Below are positions 60,001 through 64,000 of a stretch of 64,000 nucleotides of DNA, in pieces; position 1 is the stretch's first letter, and the number at the start of each line of letters is the position of its first letter. Source of the DNA: Spongospora subterranea f. sp. subterranea (Eukaryota). Below the pieces are notes generated by a model. That model had not been told where the DNA came from and did no database searches. It saw nothing but the letters and a program-made list of their open reading frames with translations. Made by a program: the position numbers and the translations under genes. The stretch lies in NCBI GenBank assembly GCA_049724395.1, contig JAUGWO010000041.1, positions 1 to 64,000 of the forward strand, read 5' to 3'.

Positions 60001-63000
60001 ACTGGGCAGAACCTGCATTGAATCTGATATCGGCCCCATTAAAGCATCGCACTGGGTTTGTTATTCTCGGCACAAAGCGCGAAGGGAACTTCACGACTGA
60101 GGATCAGCAATTTCTCGATATGTTTATATCATTCGTTTCACCCATCGTTGAGCTACTCAATGACTCTGTCTCCCGAGATATCGCTGTTAACGACCTTCAG
60201 CGACAATGTCAAGATATGTCTTTAGAAATCAATAGCTGCCAGAGTGAACGTGACGTTTTGAAATGTGCGGTTGAAGCCTCGGTCAATGATTGGGGTTCAA
60301 TGGAATCACTGAGCTCTATCGCTCTTGCACATATGGAGCCTACGCTTCGCAATATGTTCCGAAAGCTCGAGATCCAGGCAGATTCAATACAGATTTTTTC
60401 GCCCTGGTCACGCATAACGTCACTTGAGGAGCTCACCTTCGACCTCCCAAGTTCTGCCATTACTCAAGCGAAGGCAACCATTAGCATGGGGAAACCCTGT
60501 TCGATGTTCTTCAATGATGACTGCATTGACCCACCGACAAAACGTCATAAATATCCAGCACGTGCAGGTGGTGGATGCTCAGTGATGTGGATACCAGTTA
60601 TTCCCTGGGTTCAGCGTACAACGGATGCACCTGTTGCTTCCTTCATCATGCAAATCGTCCGAAGATACACAGAATGCAAAGATTTTTCAGCTAGCGAGCT
60701 GTTAGCAGCGTCACTTTTTGCTCGCTCTCTAAATTCGGCATTTGCTGTCGTCAACCTACAGAGCGAGATCCTGCAATTGCAACAAAAAAATTATTCTGTA
60801 AGTTTCTGATATGACAAGGAGGGCAGCATTATCAATAACCGATGGATGTATAATGACAGGCGGTGGACGAGAGAGAGAGAGTAGGAAATCAGTTGAAGGA
60901 GATTTGGAACCTGCTCGGAATGATCATAGGGTCACCTGATGCATTAATAGCGTCGCCTCCGTCAGCGTTGCTCACCCTTCAGCAGTGCCTTGCCGCCATT
61001 CTTTCGTGTGAGCTGTGCACCATTTTTATCAACACTGTTGAAGCGAGCAAGACACTCATCAAATATACGAGTATTATAGCTGTAGCGTATTGAATGAGCT
61101 TGAGGTTGTGACATTTTTGTGTCAGGAGATGGGATAGAGTTCGTAAAAATAAATGTTCTCAACGAACCCTGTATCATTAGTTGGGTATGCTCAACAGGTA
61201 CTCCATATTCAGTCGTCGATGTAGAGACTGATCCCCGGTATAACGACCGTTTTGATAACAACGATGGAACCGTCAAAAAGCCTTCAAGCGCAATGTTCAT
61301 CCCTCTGTACAGGTCAAAAATGGTCGTTGGGGTTATTCAGGCCACTCGATATGGTCAACGATCTCCTTTTTTGAATGGGGATATTGAGATTTGTGCCCTG
61401 CTAGGAGGGCTGATGATGCTCATTCAACCTTCTATAGAGCTTGCTAGTGTCGCTGATTCTACGAACGACTTGCAAATCAGTCAAGGTGTCTATCTTTTAT
61501 TGCTCAATGCCGATGTGATTGTAATCTGTTTTCTAGACGTTTCGGCCATTCCAGAATTGCGATTACTTCTAAGTACAGGGGATTGGCGAATAGATCGCGC
61601 TGATGCCTATATCTGCACAGCACAAGATATATTTAATGCTCTTCACAATCGTATACGAGCAGAAGGATGCGGCATGTTTGTCCTAGATGATGTGAACATG
61701 CGGTTCCGCTTGGTATACACCGACCTAGATTTAGCAGAAAACAGGGTAATTGATGAAATTCATTTCGGAACCCGCCAAGGTTTATTAGGCGCAGCTGTGT
61801 CGTCTGCATCCATTCAAAAAGTTTCAAATACTGTTGGCGATCCGCGATTTCAGGCGTTTCCCGATCAATGGATGCGGTCGTCGCTGAACTCAACCATCAT
61901 CGTTCCTCTAATTGATGCGTCATCTTCAGTCGTCTGTGGTCTTATTCAATTAGTTAACGTCACATTGGCCGCAAATACAGATTTACTTGAATCAGATCTA
62001 CAATATGCTAGATGCTTATCCGCACTTGCCTCAGTGGTGGTCCAGGTTTGCCATTATTTTCGCCGCCGGTTCGTGTTTATTCATTGATAATTTCATCAGG
62101 TTCGACGTCAAACGTTACGCCTTGAGACAGAATCCAATCAAACTGTGGAACGCCTCAGCTCAACAAGGATTGCACTTCAAACCAACGTTGATGAAATTCG
62201 AGAACTGCAAGCACTTACTCAATGTTCGGCACACATTGTCGATTTTTGTGGTGCCATCATCGGGGTCTCTACTTTGGCTCCATTGTACGCAGCGTTCTTT
62301 GACCAGTTCATTTCCTTTACGCGATCATTTTAGGTTTCAAGCGGTTCAATATTTTGTATGCAAGGCGTTTTTAGCTTCAAGAGCACATCTGTTCCTGCTT
62401 GATTCCGATCAGAAAGATATGTTCTGTAATATATCTGATGATGTTGGAGGTCTTTCCAGATCTTTATGTTTTTGTATCGTTATCTTACGTTGTTTCAGGT
62501 GCCGCACACTGTCTACGTTTGCCTCTTGACGCTAGTGTGGTGGGAGTGGTTCAACGGACCGCCAATCCAACGATAATATGTCACCCATGGACTGAGAATC
62601 CTGCATTGTCACCATCCAATCCCGAAGCCAAAAATCTTCGAGTGGCTCTGGAAAATCTTCCTTGGTATACGGCAACAACCTGCAAAGCTATATTAGCTGC
62701 GCCTGTTCGAGATCATAATCAGCAAATCATTGGAGTAATTGAGGTTCGACTTGTTAACTAGAGACGTTGACAAGTTAGTAAAGCCGCTGCAGGTTTGCAG
62801 ATTTGACCTGAAGAATGGTCGGAATTGGTGCAACGATGACGTTGTCAGGCTAGAACTGATATGCAATCGTGTGGCGAGTGCATTACAGAACTGTAGGCAG
62901 TTCCATCGTCTGAAGAGCAAGTTCGACGCGTTAATGGCTCGTCTGCGTATGCTGGAACAAAGACGCCGCGAGCAAGATGAAAACGACGAGCTTGATGACG

Positions 63001-63491
63001 GATACGGATCGAAACCGTTGAGAAGCAAACAAGCAGCAAGGCAAGAGATGGAGCACATGGTTCAGTTGCAATCGCAGTTGCAAGCGGCGTTAACCGATCG
63101 CGATCAGCTCAAATTCGAAACCTCCAAACTATATTCCGCTTTAGAGGAAAGAGAGACGCAGGTGATATCGGCTCGACAGCGCATCGAAGCATTAGAAAAA
63201 AACGTTCGTTACGCTCAGATGCAGTTCCGGACGATGATCGTCGAATCAGTCGACGATGATGAGATTGGCGAAACTCACGCTCGAGAGATGAATGTAATCA
63301 AGCGAGAACTTGAGCAGGCTCGCGGCGATAACATCGAACTGGTTAGTGCCATGCAATCGTTGATATCCTCTTATGCGGCCGATGGGAGCAACAAAGTCAA
63401 TGCTGCAATTCAACAAGCCAAGTTGGCCTTAAACAAAGACAATCCCAAGATCGCACCATCACGACAAATATTTTCATATTTAGATAAATAA
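54082..63491 (+). CDS. Very large multi-GAF-domain coiled-coil protein, multi-exon
   Basis: Repeated GAF signatures, e.g. CRIWLIDETTNEL..GIIGYV..HPRFNAKVD..SLLCVP..IIQFLNK..FTNSD; DVETDPRYNDRFD..AMFIPL..VGVIQ; GDPRFQAFPD..IIVPL..GLIQLVN; ILAAPVRDHNQQIIGVIE. Coiled coils at both ends; same-strand ORFs are linked by short introns. Confidence 0.82.
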
Positions 63492-63500
63492 AATCGATAT

Positions 63501-64000
63501 TTAATTTAACTTTATTTTCTTTGATCTGTTATTGTCTTGTTCATGGTCTTCATCGTCGGCACTCTCCATTTGATCCCACATCTCGTCAACTTCGTCTTCG
63601 GATTGACAGGCATCGGGAGCCTGGACCTCAGGCAACCAGGAGACGCAATTCATTTGCTGTTTTAGATATACGCGAGCGGTTTCCTTTCGAGAAGATATTT
63701 CGTGAATGTGAAGGAACCGGTCTAAACCGACCGATGCTATATGATCGGCTCCCACAGCAATATCGCGAATCGACCCCGAACTGCCGACAAATCGGCCAGC
63801 TGCAACCAAATTGCGGCGGAGATCCCTCTGAGTCAAAATACCAACGCCATCGGCAACGAAAACTGAATTTCCATCTGGGCACATTGCAACTGCGGAAACA
63901 GCGTTTTCGCCGACTTCGACATCCATAATAGGACGCCGACCTTTCCTTGAATCATAGAGACGAACGTGATGAAAAGCGGTTCCAGTTGCCACGATGTTCG
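63501..64000 (-). CDS. WDR74: WD-repeat ribosome biogenesis factor WDR74/NSA1, 3' part (extends beyond window)
   Basis: HHVRLYDSRKGRRP, GSSGSIRDI, IASVGLDRFLHIH, VYLKQQMNCV, acidic tail DEMWDQME. Confidence 0.9.
   Translation of the reverse strand, partial: NIVATGTAFHHVRLYDSRKGRRPIMDVEVGENAVSAVAMCPDGNSVFVADGVGILTQRDLRRNLVAAGRFVGSSGSIRDIAVGADHIASVGLDRFLHIHEISSRKETARVYLKQQMNCVSWLPEVQAPDACQSEDEVDEMWDQMESADDEDHEQDNNRSKKIKLN

Overview
Gene-dense, intron-rich eukaryotic DNA with mostly 40-65 nt introns and some GC-AG introns. The organism is probably flagellated (CEP76 and CFAP157 homologues); a plasmodiophorid-like protist is a guess from genome style only. Recognisable core genes are tRNA-Pro(TGG), SMC4, POLD4, CEP76, a CFAP157-like gene, ZNF598/Hel2 and the 3' part of WDR74/NSA1, plus a very large multi-GAF coiled-coil gene. 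Between them lie accessory blocks with a secreted DUF676 lipase, an orphan signal-peptide/TM protein, two PI-PLC X-domain paralogues flanking an apparently intact and a pseudogenised CmcJ/NvfI-type Fe(II)/2OG oxygenase, and a secreted Pro/Ile-repeat protein. Decayed mobile elements include Tc1/mariner-like, pogo, Gypsy RT, a tyrosine recombinase and a Harbinger-like Myb/SANT remnant. The most unusual feature is four independent long fold-back (inverted) duplications. All are tail-to-tail relative to the parent ORF, all lie in transposon or pseudogene sequence, and all could give hairpin RNA. Single-base homopolymer frameshifts in essential genes suggest residual assembly indel errors, so frameshift-only pseudogene calls are uncertain.
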